This document shows positions 8,483 through 16,051 of a DNA stretch of 32,000 bases, piece by piece. The position numbers and the translations under genes are program-made. The first letter of the stretch is position 1; each line of letters starts with the position of its first letter. Origin of the DNA: Methylorubrum extorquens (GTDB lineage: Bacteria > Pseudomonadota > Alphaproteobacteria > Rhizobiales > Beijerinckiaceae); assembly GCA_900234795.1 (NCBI GenBank), contig LT962688.1, positions 3,540,001-3,572,000 of the forward strand, in the 5' to 3' direction. A model generated the notes under the pieces. The model had not been told where the DNA came from. It worked only from the letters and a program-made list of their open reading frames with translations, and did no database searches.

Positions 8483-8509
8483 GAATTTTGATGCAATGCA
8501 CCAAAATTC
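8483..8509. promoter_or_regulatory. 27-bp near-perfect palindrome (candidate operator) overlapping a sigma-70-like -35/-10 pair upstream of the YdeP-family gene
   Basis: GAATTTTGATGCA-A-TGCACCAAAATTC has 12 of 13 arm positions complementary. It lies in an AT-rich island (about 8470-8600). TTGATG (8488-8493) and TATAAG (8510-8515) are separated by 16 nt on the plus strand. Confidence 0.4.
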
Positions 8510-8757
8510 TATAAGTCACGCGGCACTCTGACCCAAATTTAGCTTTGAGCTATTCCAGGAACGGGCATCTTCTGGAGTCGAGTTAAATTGCCCTGCGTGC
8601 GACGAATGCCTCCCCCATCATCGGCCATGCATCAACTCGCATCTGCGAGATGTTATTTCCCGATCACGGCATCTGAAACCGCTCACCCGCCAGGGGGCGA
8701 AGCGGCGGGCGCGGATCGTCGAAAACATCTCCCACATCGCGAAGACCGGGCTCACGG

Positions 8758-11076
8758 ATGGATCGTTCGCAAGGCCTACCCAAGCGTTCTTCCGCCGCGG
8801 GCGGCTGGGGCGCGCTGAAGAGCTGCGGCAAGTTCCTGTTGGGAAGCCGGGCGCCGCTCTCCGGCGCACGCGCCCTGCTCAGCGCCAACCAGCCCGACGG
8901 CTTCGATTGCCCCGGCTGCGCCTGGGGCGACCCGGCCCACGGCTCCTCGTTCGAGTTCTGCGAGAACGGCGTGAAGGCGGTCTCCTGGGAGGCCACCGAC
9001 AAGCGCGCGACGCCGCGTTTCTTTTCCAAGCATCCGGTCTCGGAGCTGCGCGGCTGGACCGATTACGCGCTGGAGAGCGAGGGCCGCCTCACGCATCCGA
9101 TGCGCTACGACGCCGAGACCGACACCTATCGCGCCGTGGAATGGGACGAGGCGTTCGCCGAGATCGGCGCGACCCTGCGCGGCCTCGACCATCCCGATCG
9201 CGTCGAGTTCTACACCTCCGGCCGTGCCTCCAATGAGGCGGCCTACCTCTACCAGCTCTTCGCCCGGGCCTACGGCACCAACAACTTCCCCGACTGCTCG
9301 AACATGTGCCACGAGGCGAGCGGCATCGCCCTCGTCCAGGCCATTGGCATCGGCAAGGGCACGGTGCTGCTCGAGGATTTCGAGAAGGCGGACGCGATCT
9401 TCGTCGTCGGCCAGAACCCCGGCACCAACCATCCGCGCATGCTGGGCGACTTGCGCCGGGCCGCCGAGCGCGGCGCGCGGGTCGTGGTGCTCAACCCCGT
9501 GCGCGAGCGCGGGCTGGAGCGTTTCGCCGATCCGCAGAACAGCGTCGAGATGCTGCGCGGGGCGAGCCGCCCGATCGCCAGCCATTACTTCCAGCCGAAG
9601 CCCGGTGGCGACATGGCCGCCTTCCGCGGCATCGCCAAGGTCGTCTTCGCCCGCGACGCGGCGGCGATCGAGGCGGGCAAGCCCTCGCTCCTCGACCACG
9701 CCTTCATCGCCGCGCATACCAGCGCCTTCGCCGATTACCGCGCGGCGGTCGAGACGACGGCGTGGGAGGCAATCCTCGACCAGTCCGGCCTGACCCGCGA
9801 GGAGATCGAGACCGCGGCGGACGTCTATCTCGGCGCCGACAAGGTGATCGCGACCTGGGCGATGGGCGTGACCCAGCATCGCCACTCGGTGGCGACGATC
9901 CGCGAGATCGCCAACCTGCTGTTCCTGCGCGGCCATATCGGCCGGCCGGGCGCGGGCCTGTGCCCGGTGCGCGGCCATTCCAACGTGCAGGGCGACCGCA
10001 CGGTCGGCATCAACGAGAAGCCGCCCCTCGCGCTCCTCGAAGCGCTGGACCGCGAGTTCGGCCTCAATGTCCCGCGCAAGCACGGCCACAACGTGCTCGG
10101 CGCCATCGCGGCGATGCTCGACGGCTCGGCGAAGGCCTTCATCGGGCTCGGCGGCAATTTCGTGCGCGCGACGCCGGACACGCGGCTGGTGGAGAAGGCG
10201 CTCGCCGGCTGCGAACTCACCGTCCACATCGCGACGAAGCTCAACCACTCGCACCTCGTGCCGGGCCGGGTCTCCTACCTGCTGCCCTGCCTCGGGCGCA
10301 CCGAGATCGACCGCAACAGCCGGGCCAAGGTCCAGATCGTGACCGTCGAGGATTCGATGAGCATGGTCCACGGCTCGGGCGGCATCAACAAGCCGGCCTC
10401 GCCGCATCTGCGCTCGGAGATCGGCATCATCGCCGGCATGGCCGCGGCGGCGGTGGGTTCGGAGCGGATCGACTGGGCCGCGCTGGCCGACGATTACGAC
10501 CTCATCCGTGACCGCATCGAGCGGACGATCCCGGGGTTTTCCGGCTTCAACACCCGGGTGCGGAGGCCCCGCGGCTTCATGCTGCGCAATCTGGCCGCCG
10601 AGCGGGTGTTCGAGACCGCGACCGGCCGGGCGGGCTTCTCCAGCGGACCGCTGCCGGTGGCGACCGAGCACCAGCGCGCGAGCCTTCGGGGCGATACCTT
10701 CGTGCTGCAGACCTTCCGCAGCCACGACCAGTACAACACCACGATCTACGGACTCGATGACCGCTACCGCGGCGTCTATGGCGAGCGCCGCGTCGTGTTC
10801 GCCAACCCGGACGACCTCGCCGAGCTGAAGGCGCGGGCGGGCGAGCGGGTCGATCTCGTCTGCGTCCATGCCGAGGACGGCGTCGAGCGGGTGGCGGAGG
10901 ATTTCCGCCTCGTGCCCTTCGACATGCCGCGCGGCGCGCTCGCCGGCTACTATCCGGAACTCAACGTGCTGGTGCCGCTCTCGGCCTTCGGCGAATTCTC
11001 GGACACGCCGACCTCGAAGTCGGTGCTAGTCCAGGTGCGGGCCCGTGCCGCCAATGATCTGGGCAAGGCCGCGTGA
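8758..11076 (+). CDS. FdhF/YdeP-family molybdopterin oxidoreductase (formate-dehydrogenase-like; Fdh4A-like)
   Basis: 772 aa. An in-frame TGA at 8674 with no alternative start before the ATG at 8758 fixes the start. N-terminal Cys cluster FDCPGCAWGDP...FEFCENG. Mo-ligand region PDCSNMCHEASG. MopB-type blocks FVVGQNPGTNHPR, ATWAMGVTQH and GHSNVQGDR. Confidence 0.9.
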   Translation: MDRSQGLPKRSSAAGGWGALKSCGKFLLGSRAPLSGARALLSANQPDGFDCPGCAWGDPAHGSSFEFCENGVKAVSWEATDKRATPRFFSKHPVSELRGWTDYALESEGRLTHPMRYDAETDTYRAVEWDEAFAEIGATLRGLDHPDRVEFYTSGRASNEAAYLYQLFARAYGTNNFPDCSNMCHEASGIALVQAIGIGKGTVLLEDFEKADAIFVVGQNPGTNHPRMLGDLRRAAERGARVVVLNPVRERGLERFADPQNSVEMLRGASRPIASHYFQPKPGGDMAAFRGIAKVVFARDAAAIEAGKPSLLDHAFIAAHTSAFADYRAAVETTAWEAILDQSGLTREEIETAADVYLGADKVIATWAMGVTQHRHSVATIREIANLLFLRGHIGRPGAGLCPVRGHSNVQGDRTVGINEKPPLALLEALDREFGLNVPRKHGHNVLGAIAAMLDGSAKAFIGLGGNFVRATPDTRLVEKALAGCELTVHIATKLNHSHLVPGRVSYLLPCLGRTEIDRNSRAKVQIVTVEDSMSMVHGSGGINKPASPHLRSEIGIIAGMAAAAVGSERIDWAALADDYDLIRDRIERTIPGFSGFNTRVRRPRGFMLRNLAAERVFETATGRAGFSSGPLPVATEHQRASLRGDTFVLQTFRSHDQYNTTIYGLDDRYRGVYGERRVVFANPDDLAELKARAGERVDLVCVHAEDGVERVAEDFRLVPFDMPRGALAGYYPELNVLVPLSAFGEFSDTPTSKSVLVQVRARAANDLGKAA

Positions 11077-11102
11077 GCGAGGAAAAAGGCCGCGTGAGCG
11101 AG
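11065..11102 (+). repeat. perfect 17-bp direct repeat (21-bp period) spanning the stop/start junction of the two coupled genes
   Basis: AAGGCCGCGTGAGCGAG occurs at 11065-11081 and again at 11086-11102. Each copy contains GTGA, the overlapping GTG start / TGA stop. Confidence 0.95.
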
Positions 11103-11396
11103 CCCGCCGCCGACGCCGAGACCTTTCTCGCCGCGACCGACACGATCGCGGCGCTGCGTCCCGAACTCAGCCTTCTGGAGGCTGGCATCCTCGCCGGCCT
11201 GCATCTCGGGCTGGCAGCCGACAGCCGGAGCTTCGCCCGCATCTTCGGCGTCGAGCACGCCCTGGTGCTGCGGGCGGTGGAAAGCCTGACCGCCGAGACC
11301 CTCATCACCGTGACCGCCCGTGACGGCCGTACCCAGCGCACCCGCTACGAGGCGAGCCCGGCGGGCAGCGCGGTGCTGACGGCGCTCGCCGCCTGA
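11073..11396 (+). CDS. small conserved-looking protein translationally coupled to the YdeP-family gene (winged-helix-like; Fdh4B-like)
   Basis: GTG at 11073 overlaps the upstream TGA (GTGA). A second in-frame GTG at 11094, in the duplicated copy, is an alternative start. 107 or 100 aa. High GC3. SFARIFGVEHALVLRAVESLTAETLITVTARDGRTQRTRYEAS resembles a recognition helix plus wing. Confidence 0.6.
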   Translation: MSEEKGRVSEPAADAETFLAATDTIAALRPELSLLEAGILAGLHLGLAADSRSFARIFGVEHALVLRAVESLTAETLITVTARDGRTQRTRYEASPAGSAVLTALAA

Positions 11397-11418
11397 TCCT
11401 CGACTCGCACGGCGACGA

Positions 11419-13386
11419 TCAGGCCGTGCTCATCTGCCCGAACCGCTCGCCCAGCGGCAGTTCGATGGCGCAGCGCAGCCGCGTCTCACCGAGTTCGTAG
11501 TGCGTCTTGGCGTTGAGCGCGTAGGGCATCGCCTGCTCGATCAACTCGCGTCCATAGCCGCGCCGCGTCGGGCTCTGTTCCTCGCGCGGCCGGCTGATGC
11601 CCTCCTCGATCCACTCGATCAGCAGGTTTCCTCCGCCCTGGTCGTCGCGGTCGGCGCGCCATGTCACCGAGAGGCGGCCGTGCTCGGTCGTCAGGGCACC
11701 GTACTTACGGGCATTGGTGGCCAGTTCGTGCACGGCGAGCGCCAGGGTCTGCACCGACGCCTTGCGCAGGCGCACCGGCGGCCCGGCGATATGGATTCGA
11801 TTGGCGAAGTCGCCGCCCCCGAGGGCGTCCAGCTCGGTTCGAATCAGGGCGCGCAGGGTGATCGGCTCCTGCTCCGAGCGCGACAGCAGCCCTTGAACCC
11901 GCGAAAGGGCGGCGAGCCGGTCGTTGAACTGCTCGCGGAAGCGCTCCGTCGGGCCGGTCTGCGCCATGGTCTGGTGGGCAATGGAGCGCACGACGCCGAG
12001 CAGGTTGCGGGTGCGGTGCTGCAACTCGGCGACGAGGATGGTCTGGCGCTCCTGCAGATCGTGCAGATCGTGGATGTCCATGGCGGCCCCGATCCACTGC
12101 GTGACCTGTCCCTCGGTGTCGAGGAGGGGCGCCTGCCGTACGAGGAACCACCGATATTGCCCGTCGTACTGGCGGATGCGCTGCTGCACCTCGATCAACC
12201 GCTGCTGCTCGCGTCCGGAGCGGAAGGCCTCGCTCACCGCGCCGCGGTCGGCGGGATGGATCGCTTCGAGCCAGCCGCCGGCCTGCGATTGCTGCAGGGT
12301 CTGGCCGGTATAGGCGAGCCAAGCCTCGTTGAGGGAGTTGTGCTGCCCGCTCTCGTCCGAGCGCCACAGCAGGACGGGGATGAGGCTCGCCAGGGTGCGA
12401 AAGCGTTCCTCGCTCTCGCGCAGGGCCGCGTTTGCGCTCTCGTCGCGAAGCCGCAGCATCTCGTTCTGCGCCGCCTTCCAGGCCGAGATTTCCTTGGTGG
12501 TGATGGCCACCCCGTCACCGAGCTTCACCGCGCACTGGAAGAACCAGCCGTCGAACTGCTCGTGGGCGTAGCGGCGCTCCGCGGTCGCGGGCTGGCCGGT
12601 TTCCGTGACACGCTTGAAGGTGTCGAAAATGCCCTCCTGAATCACGCCCGGATTGCGTTCGAGCAGGCTCTGACCGCCCACATCGCCGTAGCGGCTCGCC
12701 GAGGTGGAGTTGTTCAGGAGCCAGCGGAAATCGATGATCTCGCCCGCTGGATCGCGCACGGCCTTCAAGACCTGAATCATGTCCATGGAACTGTCCATGG
12801 TCGCCTTGAGCAGGTCTCGGCTCGCCTGAAGCTCCGCCGTCCGCTCCTGGACCTGACGTTCCAGCTCGGCCCGGAAGCGCGCCTCGCTCTCGCGCAACGC
12901 CCGGTCGGACAGCACGCGGGCCGTGCTCTCGACCAGGGTGACCAGGATGCCCGCAATCCGCTCCGCCTCGTCCCGCAGCGGGCTGTAGGTCAGCGTGAAC
13001 CACGCGTCTTCGAGGCGGCCCGACCGGAACAGCGGGTAGAGCGCGTCTTCGAAGGTGAACGTCTCGCCGTTCCAGACCCGCTCGTAGATCGGCGCGGTGA
13101 TGTGCCAGATCTCAGGCCAGCACGCGCGTGCCGGCTGACCCAGCCCGGCCGGGTGCTTCGATCCCATCAGGTCCCGGAAGTCGTCGTTGTAGACCTGGAT
13201 CAGATCCCGGCCCCACAGCGCGATCATGGGGAAACCGCAGCCGAGGATCAGGCTGATCGTGGCCCTGAGGCTCGGCGGCCAAGCGTCCGCCGCACCGAGC
13301 GCCGTCGCGGTCCAGTCATGCGCCCGGATCCGCTCGGCCATCTCGCCGCGACGCGACTGTGCAGGTGGACTGTCGCTCCCATCCAT
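11419..13386 (-). CDS. multi-PAS sensor histidine kinase of the HWE/HisKA_2 type
   Basis: Track ORF 11419..13401 begins with GTG. I prefer ATG 13386 (AAGGTG upstream); ATG 13341 is also possible. It has the N-terminal sensory block RIRAHDWTATALGAADAWPPSLRATISLILGCGFPMIALWG and PAS-like repeats. H-box ELQHRTRNLLGVVRSIAHQT, N-box VHELATNARKYGAL. Confidence 0.85.
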   Translation of the reverse strand: MDGSDSPPAQSRRGEMAERIRAHDWTATALGAADAWPPSLRATISLILGCGFPMIALWGRDLIQVYNDDFRDLMGSKHPAGLGQPARACWPEIWHITAPIYERVWNGETFTFEDALYPLFRSGRLEDAWFTLTYSPLRDEAERIAGILVTLVESTARVLSDRALRESEARFRAELERQVQERTAELQASRDLLKATMDSSMDMIQVLKAVRDPAGEIIDFRWLLNNSTSASRYGDVGGQSLLERNPGVIQEGIFDTFKRVTETGQPATAERRYAHEQFDGWFFQCAVKLGDGVAITTKEISAWKAAQNEMLRLRDESANAALRESEERFRTLASLIPVLLWRSDESGQHNSLNEAWLAYTGQTLQQSQAGGWLEAIHPADRGAVSEAFRSGREQQRLIEVQQRIRQYDGQYRWFLVRQAPLLDTEGQVTQWIGAAMDIHDLHDLQERQTILVAELQHRTRNLLGVVRSIAHQTMAQTGPTERFREQFNDRLAALSRVQGLLSRSEQEPITLRALIRTELDALGGGDFANRIHIAGPPVRLRKASVQTLALAVHELATNARKYGALTTEHGRLSVTWRADRDDQGGGNLLIEWIEEGISRPREEQSPTRRGYGRELIEQAMPYALNAKTHYELGETRLRCAIELPLGERFGQMSTA

Positions 13387-13741
13387 CCCGCACCTTCGCA
13401 CAGCTTTCTATAGCGTACTACGCAGACGCAGCGGGCAGCATCAACCGCAGTCGCGGCGATTTCGTTACGGCATCTCTCGCCCGGGCACGAGATGGAACAT
13501 ATCGGCGTCGGACTTTCCTTTCATAAATCCTGACCTGCCTCGATCGATACGCTCCATCTACGCTATACTGAGGAGAGACGACGTATGACTGCGCGCGACC
13601 TGATGCGATCGGCCGCAGTGCCCATGCTTCAGAACGCTCAAAACGACCGGCCATCGTGAACGGGTTCCGCACCGCCCCCTTGGCGAGACCGGCACGTCGG
13701 AGGGCGTGGGTAGGGTTCGAACCAAGCGTCGCCCCGGATCG

Positions 13742-15901
13742 TCAGAACCGTGCCGTGAGGAAGAGCCGCACGTTGCGGCCCGGCAGCACGACCTCGTCCT
13801 TGCGGAAGGAGGCGGCGTTGCGGATCACGTCGTCGAGCAGGTTCGTGCCGCGCAGGCCGAGCGTCACCTCGCTGAGACCATGGACCGCCGGATCGAGCGG
13901 ACGGCTGTAGGCGATCTCCGCCTTGAGGTCGTTGTAGCCCGGCGTCGGCGTTTCCAGCGTGCCGGTCTGCGTCTGAGCGAAGGCGTGCAGCAGGCTGAGT
14001 TGAGCGAACCAGCCGTCGGCCCGCAAAAACACGCCGCCGCCGACGCGATGGGGCGGGATGCGCGGCACGAAGCGGCCGTCGTCGAACTGGGCGCGCACGA
14101 AATCGTACTGGGCGCTGATGCCGGCAAACCCGTCGCCGACCGGCACGATGTCGATCTGGCTCGCGATCTCGGCGCCGGCGAAGGTGGCGCCGGCCTGCGA
14201 ATAGGCGACCTGCCGTAGATCCCCGCCGCCGATGCCGCAACTGTCGAAGGTGTCGCCGCAGGTGAAGCCGGTCAGGCGCTTGTAGACGAAGCCGGTATAG
14301 CGCGTGACGTAGCCGGTCGCGTCAAGGCGGAACGGCCCCTCCGCCCGCCGGATCGCCACTTCGACGGTGCGGGCCCGCTCCGGCTTAAGGTTGGGATCGC
14401 CGATCTCGAAGGTCGCGGAGGCCTCGTGCGGACCGCGCGAGAACAGTTCGGGCGAGGTCGGGGCGCGCTCGACATAGGAGCCGGTCAGGCTCCCCACGAA
14501 CCCGTGGGGCAGGTCCTGGAGCGCGCCAAAACTCGCACTTTTCGGGGCGAAGCGGCGGATGCGGCGCGATTCCACCGGCTCGTCGCCGGGGCCGTCGGGC
14601 AGGAAATCGGAGGGGAACAGCGCCTGCGTGCCGGCGACGCGGTTGCCCTCGATGCGGCCCGCCGCCTGGAACCGCAGGCCGCCGCCGAGGGCCAGTTCCT
14701 CGAACAGGTAGGCGGCCTGCACCCGCGTGTCGGTCGGGCGCAACAGGCCCCCTTCCGCCCCCGAGATGCGGAGCTTGCGCCGGTCGGCCTGGAATCCGAG
14801 CTGTCCGCTGAAGGTGCCGAAAGCGGTCTCGACCGGCACGTGGTCGAACTCGATCCGCCCCTCCGCCGCGCGGTTCTTGAACACCGCCTCGATCCCCTCG
14901 ACGCCGTTGGCATCGGTGCCGAACTCGTTGTGGCGGTAGTTCGAGCCGCCCGCCCAGAACCGGATCGCCGCGAACGGCCCGTCCAGCGGCCGGTACTCGC
15001 CCCGGGCCTGGAGCTTGTCCTGCACCGGATCGAGGCGGGTGCGCTGCGCCGCGGAGCTGATTCCGGGAATGCCGTAGACCGAATCGAAGTGGCTGAAGGA
15101 CATCCCGACGAAGCCGCGGTCGAACAGGTAGGAGGTGCCGAAGGCGCCCCCCTGCGATTCGTTGAAGGAATTGCGCTGGATGCCGAGCGGCGTGTTGTAG
15201 TCGTCCGCCGCACTCCGGAACGCATCGGCATGGACGGCGACATTGCCGCTGCCGGCATCGACCGTGGCGGCGGCGTTGCGGCCATTGTCGACGGCCGAGT
15301 AGCCGGTGGTCACCCTTCCCGCGACGCCGCCGGGCGGAATGCTGGTCGGGATGCGGTTGTTCTCGACCGAGACCACGCCGCCGACGGCCTGGGAGCCGTA
15401 GCGCAGGCCCGCGGGCCCGCGGATCACCTCAATACGGTCGTTGATCAGCGGGTTGATCGGGACGGCGTGGTCCTCACCCAGATCGGACATGTCCTGCACA
15501 CCGGTGCCGTTCTCGAGGATGCGGACACGGTGGTTGTCGAGGCCGCGGATGATCGGCCGCGAGGCCGAGCCCGGCGCGAAGGTGGTCGCGGACAGGCCCG
15601 GCTTGTCGAACAGCGCCTCGCCGAGCGAGGTCGGCTGCGAGCGAGCGAGTTCGGCCCCGGAGACGACGGTGACCGTCGAGAACCGGTCGCTCACCACCGG
15701 CAGGACGCCGACCGGGTCGGCCGGCTTCGGAACCGGCCCCGCCGCACCCGGACCCGCGCGTCGTGCCGGCTTGTCCGAGACGACGCTGATCTCATCGAGG
15801 GCAACCTCTTCGGCCTGGATCGGCGACACGACGAGGCCGGCAATGCCGAGCCCAGCGAACGATCGGAACCACGGGCCAAGACCATAGCGCTTTCTCGACA
15901 T
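13742..15901 (-). CDS. TonB-dependent outer-membrane receptor (plug region resembles ZnuD/heme-type receptors)
   Basis: 719 aa with ATG at 15901. Signal peptide FAGLGIAGLVVSPIQA-EE. Plug motifs RPIIRGLDNHRVRILENGTGVQDMSDLGEDHAVPINPL and IEVIRGPAGLRYGSQAVGGVV. C-terminal beta-barrel signature NVRLFLTARF. Confidence 0.9.
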   Translation of the reverse strand: MSRKRYGLGPWFRSFAGLGIAGLVVSPIQAEEVALDEISVVSDKPARRAGPGAAGPVPKPADPVGVLPVVSDRFSTVTVVSGAELARSQPTSLGEALFDKPGLSATTFAPGSASRPIIRGLDNHRVRILENGTGVQDMSDLGEDHAVPINPLINDRIEVIRGPAGLRYGSQAVGGVVSVENNRIPTSIPPGGVAGRVTTGYSAVDNGRNAAATVDAGSGNVAVHADAFRSAADDYNTPLGIQRNSFNESQGGAFGTSYLFDRGFVGMSFSHFDSVYGIPGISSAAQRTRLDPVQDKLQARGEYRPLDGPFAAIRFWAGGSNYRHNEFGTDANGVEGIEAVFKNRAAEGRIEFDHVPVETAFGTFSGQLGFQADRRKLRISGAEGGLLRPTDTRVQAAYLFEELALGGGLRFQAAGRIEGNRVAGTQALFPSDFLPDGPGDEPVESRRIRRFAPKSASFGALQDLPHGFVGSLTGSYVERAPTSPELFSRGPHEASATFEIGDPNLKPERARTVEVAIRRAEGPFRLDATGYVTRYTGFVYKRLTGFTCGDTFDSCGIGGGDLRQVAYSQAGATFAGAEIASQIDIVPVGDGFAGISAQYDFVRAQFDDGRFVPRIPPHRVGGGVFLRADGWFAQLSLLHAFAQTQTGTLETPTPGYNDLKAEIAYSRPLDPAVHGLSEVTLGLRGTNLLDDVIRNAASFRKDEVVLPGRNVRLFLTARF

Positions 15902-15919
15902 GAAACTTCAGCCTCGTAA

Positions 15920-15937
15920 TTATAGCTGATGCTATAA
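15920..15937. promoter_or_regulatory. perfect 7-4-7 palindrome embedding a TATAAT box, 18 nt upstream of the receptor ATG (candidate metalloregulator operator/promoter)
   Basis: The minus strand reads AACTTATAGCATCAGCTATAATTACGAGGCTGAAGTTTCATG. TTATAGC-ATCA-GCTATAA is a perfect inverted repeat. TATAAT lies within its right arm and GAGG follows as the SD. Confidence 0.4.
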
Positions 15938-15975
15938 GTTCGAGCGTAGCCGTTGTCGAGTCGGGGCAGGCCCCG

Positions 15976-16015
15976 AAACGCGAAAGCGCGCCGCCCTCGA
16001 ACGAGGGCGACGCGC
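15976..16015 (-). terminator. rho-independent terminator downstream of ftsK
   Basis: The minus strand reads GCGCGTCGCCCTCG-TT-CGAGGGCGGCGCGC (14-bp stem, one mismatch) followed by TTTCGCGTTTC. It starts 37 nt after the ftsK stop. Confidence 0.55.
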
Positions 16016-16051
16016 TGGACGATCAATCGATGAAGGCGGCGGGTCGGCCGG

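Noticed and set aside
8516-8757. Possible Moco riboswitch or other leader RNA in the ~240-nt region upstream of the molybdoenzyme gene
   Set aside because: I could not find the conserved Moco-motif core or a convincing multi-stem fold by eye. An Rfam covariance search would be needed.
8776-10869. Long ORFs antisense to well-supported genes: 8776..10869(-), 11500..13413(+), 14426..15919(+), 16100..18700(+), 17532..18689(-), 18749..20227(+), 20203..22053(+), 20960..21823(-), 3819..4970(-), 2536..3747(-), 6633..7646(-), 439..1314(-), 664..1959(+), 9306..10511(+)
   Set aside because: Each overlaps, on the opposite strand or out of frame, a gene with clear family motifs (ydeP, HWE kinase, TonB receptor, ftsK, porin, amtB, cysE, regulator, pyrD, kinase). 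Their translations are Arg/Pro/Gly/Ala-rich and motif-free. They are open only because stop codons are rare at high GC.
13418-13672. 84-aa minus ORF and 120-aa plus ORF (13226..13588) in the kinase/receptor spacer
   Set aside because: They are basic and low-complexity, have no SD, and sit in an AT-richer non-coding-looking region. One overlaps the kinase N-terminus out of frame.
13714-13723. GGTTCGAACC, reminiscent of a tRNA T-arm, just downstream of the TonB receptor stop
   Set aside because: The flanks do not form a T-stem, acceptor stem or anticodon arm. It is simply a self-complementary 10-mer.
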